64,000 bases of DNA from an uncultured Methanoregulaceae archaeon (GCA_963701095.1 OY969564.1:1088001-1152000); one strand, 5' to 3'; counted from the stretch's first letter, positions 1-9,750 are shown. Notes: generated from the letters alone by a model not told the origin. A program made the numbers and translations.

Positions 1-1866
1 CGTATTGGGCCCATCGATCACAAATGAACCTGTTGCAAGTCCCGCCTCCAGAGCGGCAGCCTGTGCCTCTTTCAGTATCAGTTTTGCATTTTCGTCAAGA
101 TACTCAGGGATATAATTGGATGTGAGCAGCTCTCGCATTTTCTCTCGTACCCTTGGGTGAATATCAGAACCAAGCCCCCCCGAATAATGGGAAGTTTTCC
201 CCCCCTTCGAGGGTATGACATACATTTTCTCTTTTTTCAGATTTAGTTCAATAATTTCCCACCGTTTTCCAGCTAAAATCAGGAATTGACGAGTTTCAAG
301 GTCTGGAACGAATTGGACACTCCCAATTTTTCGTCCCGCAGATATGACATCAAGTTCAATTGCCGAAACAAATGCCGAATAAAAATCAAAATTTTTAACA
401 ATTTTTTCCCCTTTTAATCCCAGAATCACAAGTCCGGAGGAATCCTGATCAACCAGATCGGCAATTTTGAGCCCGTGTAATATCTGAATAAAATCCTCCT
501 GAGTGACATTATGGAACGCACCATCACTAACAAGCGTATCAAAGAGATCCTGAACCGTTGCTCCTCCTCGTTCTTTGATAACGCTCAAAATCTGTTGAAT
601 CAATGTGGAAAAATGAAAAAGATCCGTTTGTGGTGGTTCGCACCACTTCTGAAACAAAAGTTCGGACATCGCCAGAGCCCGAAGAAATTCGGGATATAAT
701 CTGTCAACAATATTCTCCGTTTTCTCGGGTTGAGAAATAAACATTATGAGGATTGAAGGATCACCCTCTTTACGTCCGCTTCTTCCCAGACGTTGGGCTA
801 ATGAGTTCACCGACCAGGGAGCACCAATCTGTCCGATTCGGGATACTTTCCCGATATCAATTCCCATTTCCAATGCACTTGAACAAAATACAGAGATGTG
901 TGGATTTGATTTCAGGGAATTTTCCACAGTTTCACGTTCGGTTATTGAGAGTGAACCATGAAAAATTTTAATGTTTTCAGGGTTTCCATATCTTTTTTCC
1001 ACGGTTCTTTTAACTGCATCTGTATAGTATTCCAGCATTTGACGACTATTGATGAAGATTAGGGAATTTCCTTTATTTTGCTCATCAAAGTAATAGATAA
1101 TATCTTCAATTAAAGAGGGATTTCGAGTTTTCTCATCTGCGCTGTCAGCATCCGGCTCATTATCTGGGAAATATCCTCGGATCAAATAACAGATATCCTT
1201 TTGTTCAATCGGATCTGTGATAAGCGAGACAGAGGAAGGATCTCGTGGGATTAACCACTGTTTTGCCAGTTCGGGATCGCCTATTGTTGCAGAAAGACCT
1301 ACAATCCTCACATCTCCTTTACTTTTATGCATCGCCCTAGACAGCAGACTTTTGAGATGGGCTCCTCTTTCTGTTCCAATAAAGGAATGCATCTCGTCAA
1401 TAACAATAAATGAGAGAGATTTAAAAAGATTTGAAAGATCATCCGAGTGATTGATAAACAATGATTCGATGGATTCAGGCGTGATAAGAAGAACTCCTGA
1501 CGGATTCTTCAGGAACTTCTTTTTTGGATCGGATCCAACATCACCGTGCCATTTGAAAACGGGGATTTCTGCGGTTTTGCATAATACTTCCAGACGTTCA
1601 AACTGATCATTGATCAAAGCTTTTAAGGGACCAACGTATATGGCAGAGATACCTCCATCATTTCTATCCACTATTTGCGAAAGGATAGGTAGAAATGCGG
1701 CTTCAGTTTTTCCTGATGCAGTTTGTGCAGATATAATCAGATTCTTGTTCGTGTTAAAAATTTCATGGATTGCATCTACCTGAATGGGCCTTAAGTCCAC
1801 CCAACCCATTTTGTATAGGATATATTTCAACTTTGGATGAAGTTGTTCGGAAGCAGATTTTTCCAT
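1..1866 (-). CDS. Lhr-like SF2 DExH-box helicase (Shango SngC-like), runs off the window edge
   Basis: Not in the ORF track because its stop lies outside the window. Hand translation from ATG at 1866 is open to base 1: MEKSASEQLHPKL..LRPIQ, Walker A AQTASGKT, PLKALINDQ, TPES, IDEMH, SAT, FHGSLS, LEMGIDIG, QRLGRSGR. Confidence 0.9.
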   Translation of the reverse strand, partial: MEKSASEQLHPKLKYILYKMGWVDLRPIQVDAIHEIFNTNKNLIISAQTASGKTEAAFLPILSQIVDRNDGGISAIYVGPLKALINDQFERLEVLCKTAEIPVFKWHGDVGSDPKKKFLKNPSGVLLITPESIESLFINHSDDLSNLFKSLSFIVIDEMHSFIGTERGAHLKSLLSRAMHKSKGDVRIVGLSATIGDPELAKQWLIPRDPSSVSLITDPIEQKDICYLIRGYFPDNEPDADSADEKTRNPSLIEDIIYYFDEQNKGNSLIFINSRQMLEYYTDAVKRTVEKRYGNPENIKIFHGSLSITERETVENSLKSNPHISVFCSSALEMGIDIGKVSRIGQIGAPWSVNSLAQRLGRSGRKEGDPSILIMFISQPEKTENIVDRLYPEFLRALAMSELLFQKWCEPPQTDLFHFSTLIQQILSVIKERGGATVQDLFDTLVSDGAFHNVTQEDFIQILHGLKIADLVDQDSSGLVILGLKGEKIVKNFDFYSAFVSAIELDVISAGRKIGSVQFVPDLETRQFLILAGKRWEIIELNLKKEKMYVIPSKGGKTSHYSGGLGSDIHPRVREKMRELLTSNYIPEYLDENAKLILKEAQAAALEAGLATGSFVIDGPNT

Positions 1867-1882
1867 TTTTTTATCCTTTTAT

Positions 1883-3178
1883 TCATAATTTCAAATTTGC
1901 TAAGTCTCCGGTCGGATTTTTCTTGATTATTGAACTATCCTGCTTGAGTATGTCTTTCCATGACCTATCTGGGTGTGTTTCGAGAAGGGAGAGAAACTTC
2001 ACAAAACTTTTTACAGTTTCGCGCGGGTTCATATAGAAATCAGATCCCAAAATTTTCGAGCACTTAGTCAGAAATGCCTTCATTCCTTCATCAGTAACTA
2101 AATATTTTTCCGTGTCTCCATTGGCAAATACATCTCGGATATTTTCAAGGAGAAGATATGTGTCCTCTGGTGATAGGTTCCCCAATTTGATAACAGGACT
2201 ACGGGAATTTTTCAAATCCGGTGCGATCATCTTTTCAAGAGGGTTTTCTCGCAGTTTATAGTCAAGCGCGGGATAACTCGCAACACCATGATGGCTGTCA
2301 TCTAAAAAATCATCTGTGCCAGCAAAAATAAATCCTATACCACTGGTACTTCCCTGTATACAATCATTAAGTATGTCCAGTATTGTTTTGTAGTTCGAGT
2401 TCCTTGACTGGGCAACGTTCAAATGGTGGGATATGGCTCCCATCTCATCAAGAGTTACGAGAAAACCGGAATATCCTGCTTTCCGTACAAATCGTGCCCA
2501 TAATTTCAGATAATTATAGTAATTACTATCGTCGATAATTGTTCGAACTTTTAAATCCCGTTGTGCATCGGTCTTTGTTGGGTATTCTCCATAGAGCCAT
2601 CGAAGAGAAGCATCCATTAATTCGTCGTTGCCAGATTCAAATCCTTCGAAGTATTTAGTTAGAACCAATTCAAAATCATAACCATTGACATAATTCTGAA
2701 GATCTTCCTTGAGGTCATTGTGAATCTGGGATAAGATCTGTTTGTTGTCTTTTCCCTCGCTTCGTAGTTTATAATCAACATCAGAAATATATCGTTCAAT
2801 GATGCTTTTGAGAGCACCACCATCAGGTCTTGCTTTTACCGACAAATTATGCATCAATTCCGAGTACAATGCCCGTGCCTTGCCTTGGGTTGAATATAAG
2901 AGATGTCCTTGGCTGATATCCGCATGAGCGACTACAAATTTTCTATCGAGTGCTACAATACGGGAAAGGGTAAGAAAGAAACTTTTTCCGGACCCATAAC
3001 GCCCAATAATGAACCGGATAGCTGTCCCGTCATCTTTAATTCTTTCCAAATCGGTTACGATGGCAGCAATTTCATCATCTCTTCCGACTTGTATGTGTTG
3101 TAGGCCGATTTTTGGAACGAGGCCCACAGAAAGAGACATGAGTATTGCATCCCTTTCCTTTGGTTTAATTTTCCCCAT
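1883..3178 (-). CDS. DUF2791/BrxD-like P-loop ATPase (Shango SngB-like)
   Basis: GLVPKIGLQHIQVGRDDEI N-terminus, Walker A GRYGSGKS, Walker B LVTLDEM. Lies between a TerB-C-like gene and the Lhr helicase. Confidence 0.85.
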   Translation of the reverse strand: MGKIKPKERDAILMSLSVGLVPKIGLQHIQVGRDDEIAAIVTDLERIKDDGTAIRFIIGRYGSGKSFFLTLSRIVALDRKFVVAHADISQGHLLYSTQGKARALYSELMHNLSVKARPDGGALKSIIERYISDVDYKLRSEGKDNKQILSQIHNDLKEDLQNYVNGYDFELVLTKYFEGFESGNDELMDASLRWLYGEYPTKTDAQRDLKVRTIIDDSNYYNYLKLWARFVRKAGYSGFLVTLDEMGAISHHLNVAQSRNSNYKTILDILNDCIQGSTSGIGFIFAGTDDFLDDSHHGVASYPALDYKLRENPLEKMIAPDLKNSRSPVIKLGNLSPEDTYLLLENIRDVFANGDTEKYLVTDEGMKAFLTKCSKILGSDFYMNPRETVKSFVKFLSLLETHPDRSWKDILKQDSSIIKKNPTGDLANLKL

Positions 3179-3207
3179 AATACCAACTGAACTTTCAGAA
3201 ATATATG

Positions 3208-4743
3208 TTATCTCATATTGATTCGGATAGTGTTTTCCTGCATCTCAAGCAAGGGATTATCGAATTTCAATACTTCTTCTGCCCATTCGTTAATATCGTC
3301 AAATGTCGAAGTTAGGCTGATTGCCCCCAGGTTACATTGTATGAGGATTTTCGTAAAATTTTCTGTAGATATCTCTGTTAATCCTTCAATATTTTTTAAA
3401 ACGGGATAATACCTTGAATCAAGACGATTCAAAGTATCCAGCGGGAATTGTAGATCATATCCTTGATTTTGGTTAACCGCAGGTTTTTCTGTCAGCTGAG
3501 AACTGGTTAATTCGGTTTCATCAGAAGAAACACCATCTTTCGAACCGAGTATTGTATCCATTTTGTCTTTGTTTTTATTGTGTTTTATCCGTTTTTCTTC
3601 GATCTCTACCAAATTTAACGAAATATAAGTTGGATCAGGATGTAATGTCTCTTCGCTCTCTTGAGTGATGGAGAAATCAATATCCTTTATTGAGGATGCT
3701 GTATTGTCAGGCCCAACACTCGGGAATTTAACGAGAGATTCACCCGTGAGAGAACGATCATTATCCGGTTCTTGATCCGTTGTTGTATCAACAAAGGGAA
3801 TAGATATTTGATTTGGTAAATTATCTTTATCGAAATCGTCGTTATTCTGAACGGACTCTTGATCTTTGAGAGGTTTTACGTCTTCAAAAAAATCGTCCAA
3901 TTTTTTTAGAGACTTTGCGGCATCACTGTAATCAATAAGATCAGAATCTTGTATCTGCTCATTAGGAATTGATTCATCTTGTAACGGAATGCTCTCTCCA
4001 CGGTTTGAAGGACCTGATTTTATTATTAGGACTGGATGCGGCCGAACCAATGTTCTCGCTACTTCTTCCGGTGTTGTTTTCATTGCTGAAACAGAACGAT
4101 TTGTAGGAGTTTCATAAGGTATTTTTGAGGATACATTCTGTTCTTTTTTGATGAGCACGTTTGGTACGACGTTCACCCTTGTGAAAGGTGGGTTCGATGG
4201 CTTTTCTGTAGGCTCTGATTGTGTGGACTTCCGGTTGTCGATAGTTTTTTGTTGGTTTTGAGTGTCGATCAATACGGGTGAAATTTCATTTTTTATTTTT
4301 GCACCGCAATGAGGACAATATTTTGCAGTGTCGTCAGTAATCAGCATGTAACATTTTGAACACCGAATTGGGTTTTCACTTCTAATTGTTTTTTTATAAG
4401 CGGAATGCATACGGGCACTAATAATAAGAAAATAAATGAATGAGATCAGGGTGAGTATGCCAAAAAAACTGAATATGCATTTTATCAAGCATAACTGATA
4501 ATTTATATTTCTTGGATCTTTTCTTTCATAATTGAGGAAAATGCCGTCCAAAATCAGATTTATCAACAAAATGAGTCCTAATAACATCGCAATAGGACTA
4601 TGATAATTTGGAGAATCAATCTCAAAAAATAAAGAGAGAAACGCCAATCCAAATAAACCGGATATAACGATATCCAATCCGATAACGCAGTGGAAAATTA
4701 TCGAATACCTGAAAGATAGATACTGGGTTTTGGCCCCATCCAT
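3208..4743 (-). CDS. Membrane protein: 3 TM + Zn ribbon + long disordered linker + TerB-C-like C-terminus (SngA-position protein)
   Basis: Three hydrophobic helices in the first ~110 aa; CSKC..YCPHCG; acidic low-complexity middle; C-terminal FDDINEWAEEVLKFDNPLLEMQENTIRIN resembles the TerB-C consensus. First gene of the three-gene operon. Confidence 0.65.
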   Translation of the reverse strand: MDGAKTQYLSFRYSIIFHCVIGLDIVISGLFGLAFLSLFFEIDSPNYHSPIAMLLGLILLINLILDGIFLNYERKDPRNINYQLCLIKCIFSFFGILTLISFIYFLIISARMHSAYKKTIRSENPIRCSKCYMLITDDTAKYCPHCGAKIKNEISPVLIDTQNQQKTIDNRKSTQSEPTEKPSNPPFTRVNVVPNVLIKKEQNVSSKIPYETPTNRSVSAMKTTPEEVARTLVRPHPVLIIKSGPSNRGESIPLQDESIPNEQIQDSDLIDYSDAAKSLKKLDDFFEDVKPLKDQESVQNNDDFDKDNLPNQISIPFVDTTTDQEPDNDRSLTGESLVKFPSVGPDNTASSIKDIDFSITQESEETLHPDPTYISLNLVEIEEKRIKHNKNKDKMDTILGSKDGVSSDETELTSSQLTEKPAVNQNQGYDLQFPLDTLNRLDSRYYPVLKNIEGLTEISTENFTKILIQCNLGAISLTSTFDDINEWAEEVLKFDNPLLEMQENTIRINMR

Positions 4744-4932
4744 GTTGAAGAATATATTGTGGGGGGACGTTATATTTTCCCTAGGTCTGATATCGATCTA
4801 ACAATGATGAAAATACGGCAAATTGTTTTTGAAAAACGCTCAAAATCCGGATTTTTGTAAGAAGGGTCAGGCCGGGATCCGGATCGAAAATTCAGATGTG
4901 AGTCTGGAATGAGTGTGAGGAGTAATAGGCGT

Positions 4933-5535
4933 TTATATCCCGCGCCTCTTCCGGGCTCGATAGAGGGTCATTACAGGGACATTGAAATGCTGTGCGATGT
5001 CTTCCCAGTTATCCCCCGCTGCTCTCATCTGTTCAACCACTGCAAAGTCTATATCCGCGCGGGGACGGCCAAGAGTCTTTCCCTCATCACGCGCGCGGTC
5101 CAGTCCCAATTTTGTTCTCTCGACAAGGTTATCCCGCTCCCGCTGTGCAACCCAGGAGAGGACCATTAAGAGGAGCTGCCGGATGTTCTTATCTTCCGAG
5201 TGAGTAAAGGCCTCGTTTGGTGACAGACTCCATACAAGAACGCCAAGACCTTCGATCTCCTCTATGATGTTGATAGTCTCCAGAGTCGTACGGCCGAGGC
5301 GGGAGATCTCATACACATAGAGGTATTTTACCGTCTCCCTGTGCTCTTGGATAAATGATAACAGACGGGAAAAGGCGGGTCTCTCATGGGGCTTCTTGGT
5401 CCCGGAGACACCCTTGTCTATAAAGATACAGTCCCGCACCACACCGGCTTTGATAAGCTCCCGGCACTGGTTATCCGGGTCCTGTTCCATCGTTGAAACC
5501 CGGACATATCCAACTTTCTCACATTTGAATGACAT
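4933..5535 (-). CDS. Serine recombinase (resolvase/invertase) with C-terminal HTH
   Basis: GYVRVST (catalytic Ser), DKGVSG, SRLGR, GRP, C-terminal HTH (IAQHFNVPVMTLYR). Confidence 0.93.
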   Translation of the reverse strand: MSFKCEKVGYVRVSTMEQDPDNQCRELIKAGVVRDCIFIDKGVSGTKKPHERPAFSRLLSFIQEHRETVKYLYVYEISRLGRTTLETINIIEEIEGLGVLVWSLSPNEAFTHSEDKNIRQLLLMVLSWVAQRERDNLVERTKLGLDRARDEGKTLGRPRADIDFAVVEQMRAAGDNWEDIAQHFNVPVMTLYRARKRRGI

Positions 5536-5560
5536 AACAATAACCTATTAACTTAATTGC

Positions 5561-5590
5561 ATATAACAATATCGTTCTTTTTTGTTATAT
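5561..5590. promoter_or_regulatory. Inverted repeat upstream of the resolvase (candidate res subsite/operator)
   Basis: atataacaa (5561-5569) ... ttgttatat (5582-5590), a perfect 9-bp inverted repeat just upstream of the resolvase start. Confidence 0.45.
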
Positions 5591-5846
5591 CTCCCCTTAG
5601 CAGTACATTAGAATTTATTACGAAATATTTTGTTTTGAGATAAATTATTCAAGAAAATTTTCATAATTGTGTGTACGTAAGGGTAGGCCAGCACCTCGGT
5701 GGGGAGCCTCCCTTGCCCACATAGTTTAGACACTAATATAAAAATATTCTGTTTTGTTCGCGGTCAATCCACTACATGAAAGGTTAGTAATGCGTGACGG
5801 TTCGTAAAGTTAGAAAATGAATCTACTCTGACCTTGTAAGATATTG

Positions 5847-6326
5847 TTACCCGGATAAATTACTTTTTATCACTTTCTTAAATTCTTCTAACTTCATTGT
5901 CTCTGGTTTAGAAAAACCCGCGTCTTGTAATTTTGATGGAATCCGGTACTTAATCAGGTTCTTATCTGAAGTTAAAAAATAGTTATCAGAATATGCAATT
6001 GCATAAGCCAGATGTGTCCGATCTGTGGGTTCACGAATCATCCGTGTATCAATCTCATCTTCTCCCATCTGAAAGCAGAGGATACGCACACCATCATTAG
6101 GAAAATGAACCGCGATGTTCCAATCATCAAGGAAGCCGTTTAATGCAAAAATATAATCCATTCCGTTTTCTTTTTCGTGCATCTGGGTAAACGCTTCACC
6201 CAAAACCGAAATCGATGTACAAATATTATAACCAGCGTTTAACGCATGTTCCAAAGTTGTTTTTAGCTGCGGTTTCTCAAAACACTGAAAAAAAATAGGT
6301 GTATCTAAAAAGAGGGAGTGATTCAT
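5847..6326 (-). CDS. PIN-domain (VapC-like) ribonuclease
   Basis: LFLDTPIF, VLGEAF, TDRTHLAYAI, FLTSDKNL acidic PIN signature. ATGA overlap with the small upstream gene. Confidence 0.75.
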   Translation of the reverse strand: MNHSLFLDTPIFFQCFEKPQLKTTLEHALNAGYNICTSISVLGEAFTQMHEKENGMDYIFALNGFLDDWNIAVHFPNDGVRILCFQMGEDEIDTRMIREPTDRTHLAYAIAYSDNYFLTSDKNLIKYRIPSKLQDAGFSKPETMKLEEFKKVIKSNLSG

Positions 6327-6481
6327 GCGAGGATCGCTTTAAGACGTTTCATCATAGCACGGTATTCATCTTCACCAATGGCAGATGATATCTTTCCCTT
6401 GGTCACCGAGCCCCCATAGGGAAGCATCCCACGTTGGTAAGGTTTACCAATTACTTCATCCGGATTGAACTTTTTAGTCAT
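6323..6481 (-). CDS. 52-aa protein, putative antitoxin of the PIN gene
   Basis: MTKKFNPDEVIGKPYQRG...; GGAGG RBS upstream of ATG at 6481; its stop overlaps the PIN start (ATGA). Confidence 0.6.
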   Translation of the reverse strand: MTKKFNPDEVIGKPYQRGMLPYGGSVTKGKISSAIGEDEYRAMMKRLKAILA

Positions 6482-6686
6482 ATCCAGCCTCCACCCTTCG
6501 TTCTGAATATCATGTATGCACATACATGATATTAAATCCTCACATGTTTCATGACACATTTCGTTCCATAGCGTCGATGAAAACTTGATATCATTATACT
6601 ATCTCTTTCGTTTTTAAGCTTAGAAAAGTATCTATTCAGAGGATTAATGATCCTGGTTTCAAAGTCCCCTCAAAGCCACGGGTAAC

Positions 6687-6796
6687 ACTCAAAGTACTCC
6701 CACTTTTTAGAGATATACCTCTCGTATATATTTTGTATTTGTTCTTTTATTTTCTATTAGACTGATTTGAGAAAAAAAAGGAGGAGTACTTGGAGT
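6687..6796. other. Candidate replication origin of the element
   Basis: 14-bp inverted repeat (actcaaagtactcc at 6687-6700 / ggagtacttggagt at 6783-6796, 1 mismatch) around an AT-rich core, directly after the SF3 helicase stop. Confidence 0.45.
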
Positions 6797-6808
6797 CAGA
6801 AAAGAATG

Positions 6809-8542
6809 TTAAATCAGGCTTTCCGGCTCTGGTTTTACCTCGTTGAAATTTCCATTCCAAGAGTAAGGGCCCTGGTAAACGGGGATGTTGCACTTCCTGT
6901 CACCAATTCGTAAAGAGGTCTTAGTAGGGGTGAGCTTGTATGCTTGCAGGTCCCGGGTAAATTTGTTTAGTGAGGGCATCCTTTTTCTCGGATCTATATG
7001 TTCGAGATCACAAAACTTTTGGTACTGTTCAAAGAATTTCTTACGGTCGAACATGCAGATGTCGGATGCCCTAGCATTCTCTGTCATCTTATCTTTGATG
7101 AACTGGCAGAGCGGATCCGCTGCCATGCTCCAACGTTCCATCACCCCTTCCGCATCCCTGTTTATGGTAAGCTTACCCTTTTTCCTGATGGATCCGATTG
7201 CCTCGATTACGAGGTTCAGGAAGCTCGTGTACATCTGATTAGTGAACATCCGGGCCGTGAAGGTATCATCTACTTCGTAAGAGTATGGAAAACGGACATA
7301 CTCCCATCGTTCCCAAAATGCAGGGTCATACTTCACGTCATCGGGATATTTCGGCGGATGATTACAGGTGAATACGTGCGGACAGGTTATAGTACCCTTG
7401 TAGGACTGTCGGCCCTTCCGTTCGATATTATGACGGCAGGACCCGGTAAACGTTTTGAACTTCCCCACATTTTTCAGCGGTATCTCCGAGAGGTCATCGT
7501 AGATATTGAGTATCTTACCTTCGAGGTCCCCGGCCACAAAACGATCTTCGCATATTGATTGGAGAGAGCGGGCGGATATTTGATCATTCCCGAAAAACCC
7601 GGTTAAAAACTCAATGTACGTACTCTTGCCGGCGTTTGGTTCGCCTTGGGCGATATAGTTCTTCTTGTAAGTCGTCTGGAGCTGTGCCTGGAGGATTGCC
7701 TGTGCTGCGATCTGAATCAAGAGCGGAACATCTTCGGGCTCTACCCACGAAAGCAGAAGGTTCCGAGCCGCATCTCCCTTGATACTGGCGTCATAGGTAA
7801 CGGGAATACGATAGGTGAATAGGTGCTGCGGTCCAGGCGGCAGGAGTTTGCCGGCTCTGGTCTTATCATCGAGTTTCAGGATACCATTTTCTAACGGGAT
7901 AAGATCCTTTACCTGATTAAATGGGTACTCGCACTGGGGATTTGTGGCAAGAAGATAAGCGAGGATATCCCGGATGTCTCGTGTGATACTACACTTTGCC
8001 CCGGTCACTTCAATGATGATGCGGATCGCCTGCTCCAAATCTCCCGCATTTTCCCGATAAATGCCGCTTTCTTTGTCGTAAACAAAGAGTGTTTTGTTAA
8101 AGCTCATCGTGTTAAATTGCTCGTGCAGGTGTATTGCTATCGCTGGATGCTCAAGTACGACCGTGCCCCTACTGCTTGTCCTGGTGAAACTGTCTAAAAG
8201 TGCGTGCTGCCGCTGTGCCTCCCGGTCCCGCTGCATGATCTCATATCGCTCGCGGACCTTCGGATCTTGTGCTGCCTGAGTAAGAGTCTCTCGGAGGGTA
8301 TCCGTGTTCATCAAGTCGAACCCTTTTGGCAGGCGCTGGAGTTTATCAAGTGCGGCGCATAGTGCCGGGTGGTCCATGCTGGCGATCTTCGCATCAGGAT
8401 AATCTGGGTGCTGCCATACTGCCGGGGCTGGTGCCAGTTGCTCGGCTGCGGGTTCTGAGATGGATCGGTTCATGGTGGCGATCAGAAATTCTTGGGTCTT
8501 TGCGTCTACGAGTGCTGCCCTGGTTGGTACGGTTTCAATCAA
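6809..8542 (-). CDS. P4/D5-family SF3 replicative helicase (D5_N-like + SF3 + wHTH)
   Basis: IPLENGILKL..HLFTYRIPVTYD (D5_N-like), Walker A GEPNAGKST, Walker B LNIYDDL, motif C FTCNHPP, AFWERW. Confidence 0.88.
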   Translation of the reverse strand: MIETVPTRAALVDAKTQEFLIATMNRSISEPAAEQLAPAPAVWQHPDYPDAKIASMDHPALCAALDKLQRLPKGFDLMNTDTLRETLTQAAQDPKVRERYEIMQRDREAQRQHALLDSFTRTSSRGTVVLEHPAIAIHLHEQFNTMSFNKTLFVYDKESGIYRENAGDLEQAIRIIIEVTGAKCSITRDIRDILAYLLATNPQCEYPFNQVKDLIPLENGILKLDDKTRAGKLLPPGPQHLFTYRIPVTYDASIKGDAARNLLLSWVEPEDVPLLIQIAAQAILQAQLQTTYKKNYIAQGEPNAGKSTYIEFLTGFFGNDQISARSLQSICEDRFVAGDLEGKILNIYDDLSEIPLKNVGKFKTFTGSCRHNIERKGRQSYKGTITCPHVFTCNHPPKYPDDVKYDPAFWERWEYVRFPYSYEVDDTFTARMFTNQMYTSFLNLVIEAIGSIRKKGKLTINRDAEGVMERWSMAADPLCQFIKDKMTENARASDICMFDRKKFFEQYQKFCDLEHIDPRKRMPSLNKFTRDLQAYKLTPTKTSLRIGDRKCNIPVYQGPYSWNGNFNEVKPEPESLI

Positions 8543-8560
8543 TCCAGCGCACCCCCACCT

Positions 8561-8740
8561 TTATCCCTCATTAAAATTGTCTATCAGTCTCCATCTGCCA
8601 TCTTTGAGACATGCGACAGCAACCAGATAATGAAGTGGGCTGGTTGCTTTCAGGTGCTCCAGAGTCTCCTGGTCGATGGTGAAGCCCGGGATGGGCCGGG
8701 GTTGCGGCAAGGTTGAAGTACCGGAACAAAGAGAGCTCAT
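8561..8740 (-). CDS. 59-aa hypothetical protein of the replication operon
   Basis: Below the ORF-track cutoff: MSSLCSGTSTLPQPRPIPGFTIDQETLEHLKATSPLHYLVAVACLKDGRWRLIDNFNEG*. ATGA overlap with the upstream RHH gene; ends 19 bp before the helicase start. Confidence 0.6.
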   Translation of the reverse strand: MSSLCSGTSTLPQPRPIPGFTIDQETLEHLKATSPLHYLVAVACLKDGRWRLIDNFNEG

Positions 8741-8970
8741 ACGTCCACCTGCTTGTCAGTGCTGGATAGGGATGTCGGGGCCTTGGTGTTGGTAGCATTA
8801 TCGGCCCCTGCATTGCCTTCTTTCATTTTCCTTTCAAGTGCCAAGCGTAATTCCTTCGATAACGAAATTTCCTGTTCTTTTGCGAAATCTCGAAGATGAC
8901 GAGGTATGGTCACATTTGTATGAATTAATTCCTCGCCATCTGATCGAATTGTCAGTGTTACCATTTTCAC
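8737..8970 (-). CDS. Small ribbon-helix-helix (CopG/CcdA-like) DNA-binding protein
   Basis: HTNVTIPRHLRDFAKEQEISLSKELRLALERKM fits the RHH beta-alpha-alpha pattern. Confidence 0.65.
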   Translation of the reverse strand: MKMVTLTIRSDGEELIHTNVTIPRHLRDFAKEQEISLSKELRLALERKMKEGNAGADNATNTKAPTSLSSTDKQVDV

Positions 8971-9054
8971 TTCCTGTGGCGTGATTCACACCACAGTTAT
9001 GTATATCGGTTCTGGGGTCAACATCCCTTTTAAATACAATTCAAATGTGACATT

Positions 9055-9750
9055 ATGCCTCCAACAAAAGGGCTTGCCGGAAGGAAAGCAAAATTTCTGG
9101 TAAAAAAAGGACAATTGACTCCTCTCCGAGAATCAAAGCCTCTCAGAATAGAGCTTTATAAGATGTACCTTGAAGCACGGATTGGAAAAGGGAGAGAAGA
9201 GCTACCCACTATTTTAAAATTCATAATTGAAAGAGGGAAAGAATCCCCAGATGGATGGGTTCCATATCCTGAAATTTTGACGCATATGAAAGAAGAGAAG
9301 TTTGACTTGTCTCGGTCTAGAATGAACCAAATCATGATAGATCTGGAAAAGCATAGGATTACAATCAGACAGAAGAGGAAAAACCTAGTTTTTTACAAAA
9401 TTTCAGGAGAGGCATTGACTCCAGTTTTAACAGATTATGGAGTTAGAATAGAATATTTACGTCTAAAAAGGGCGAACAACGAACTCTCAAATAAACTAGT
9501 AATTGCAGAGTCTATCCTCAGTGAACACGATTTAATGGATAATTACGAATCTGAACTTCAAAGAATACATGATGAAAATGAGAGAAAGAAAGCGCGCCGG
9601 AGACGAATGAGCAAAGATGAAATTTTAAGGGATATTTTACAGTTAACTCCAGATGAAATGACTATTAGAAATAAATCTATTGAATCTAGTCAAGCGGTAA
9701 TTCTGTTAGATGATCTGAAAAAATTAAAACAGACTAAAAATGATAGTTAG
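9055..9750 (+). CDS. Winged-helix + coiled-coil protein, putative element regulator
   Basis: LSRSRMNQIMIDLEKHRITIRQKRKNLVFYKI wHTH pattern followed by a heptad-rich tail; divergent from the RHH gene. Confidence 0.5.
   Translation: MPPTKGLAGRKAKFLVKKGQLTPLRESKPLRIELYKMYLEARIGKGREELPTILKFIIERGKESPDGWVPYPEILTHMKEEKFDLSRSRMNQIMIDLEKHRITIRQKRKNLVFYKISGEALTPVLTDYGVRIEYLRLKRANNELSNKLVIAESILSEHDLMDNYESELQRIHDENERKKARRRRMSKDEILRDILQLTPDEMTIRNKSIESSQAVILLDDLKKLKQTKNDS

Noticed and set aside
511..1450. Short plus-strand ORFs
   Set aside because: Antisense shadows of the Lhr-like helicase; the same applies to most short ORFs opposite long genes.
1883..3178. BREX system on the basis of the BrxD-like ATPase
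   Set aside because: No pglZ, pglX or brxC is adjacent; the TerB-C + Lhr context fits Shango better.
5681..5720. GC-rich potential stem-loop in the AT-rich resolvase-PIN spacer
   Set aside because: Imperfect pairing, single copy, no recognisable family.
8571..8813. 80-aa ORF from the track
   Set aside because: Overlaps the RHH gene by 77 bp; the ATGA-coupled 8561-8740 frame is the better gene.
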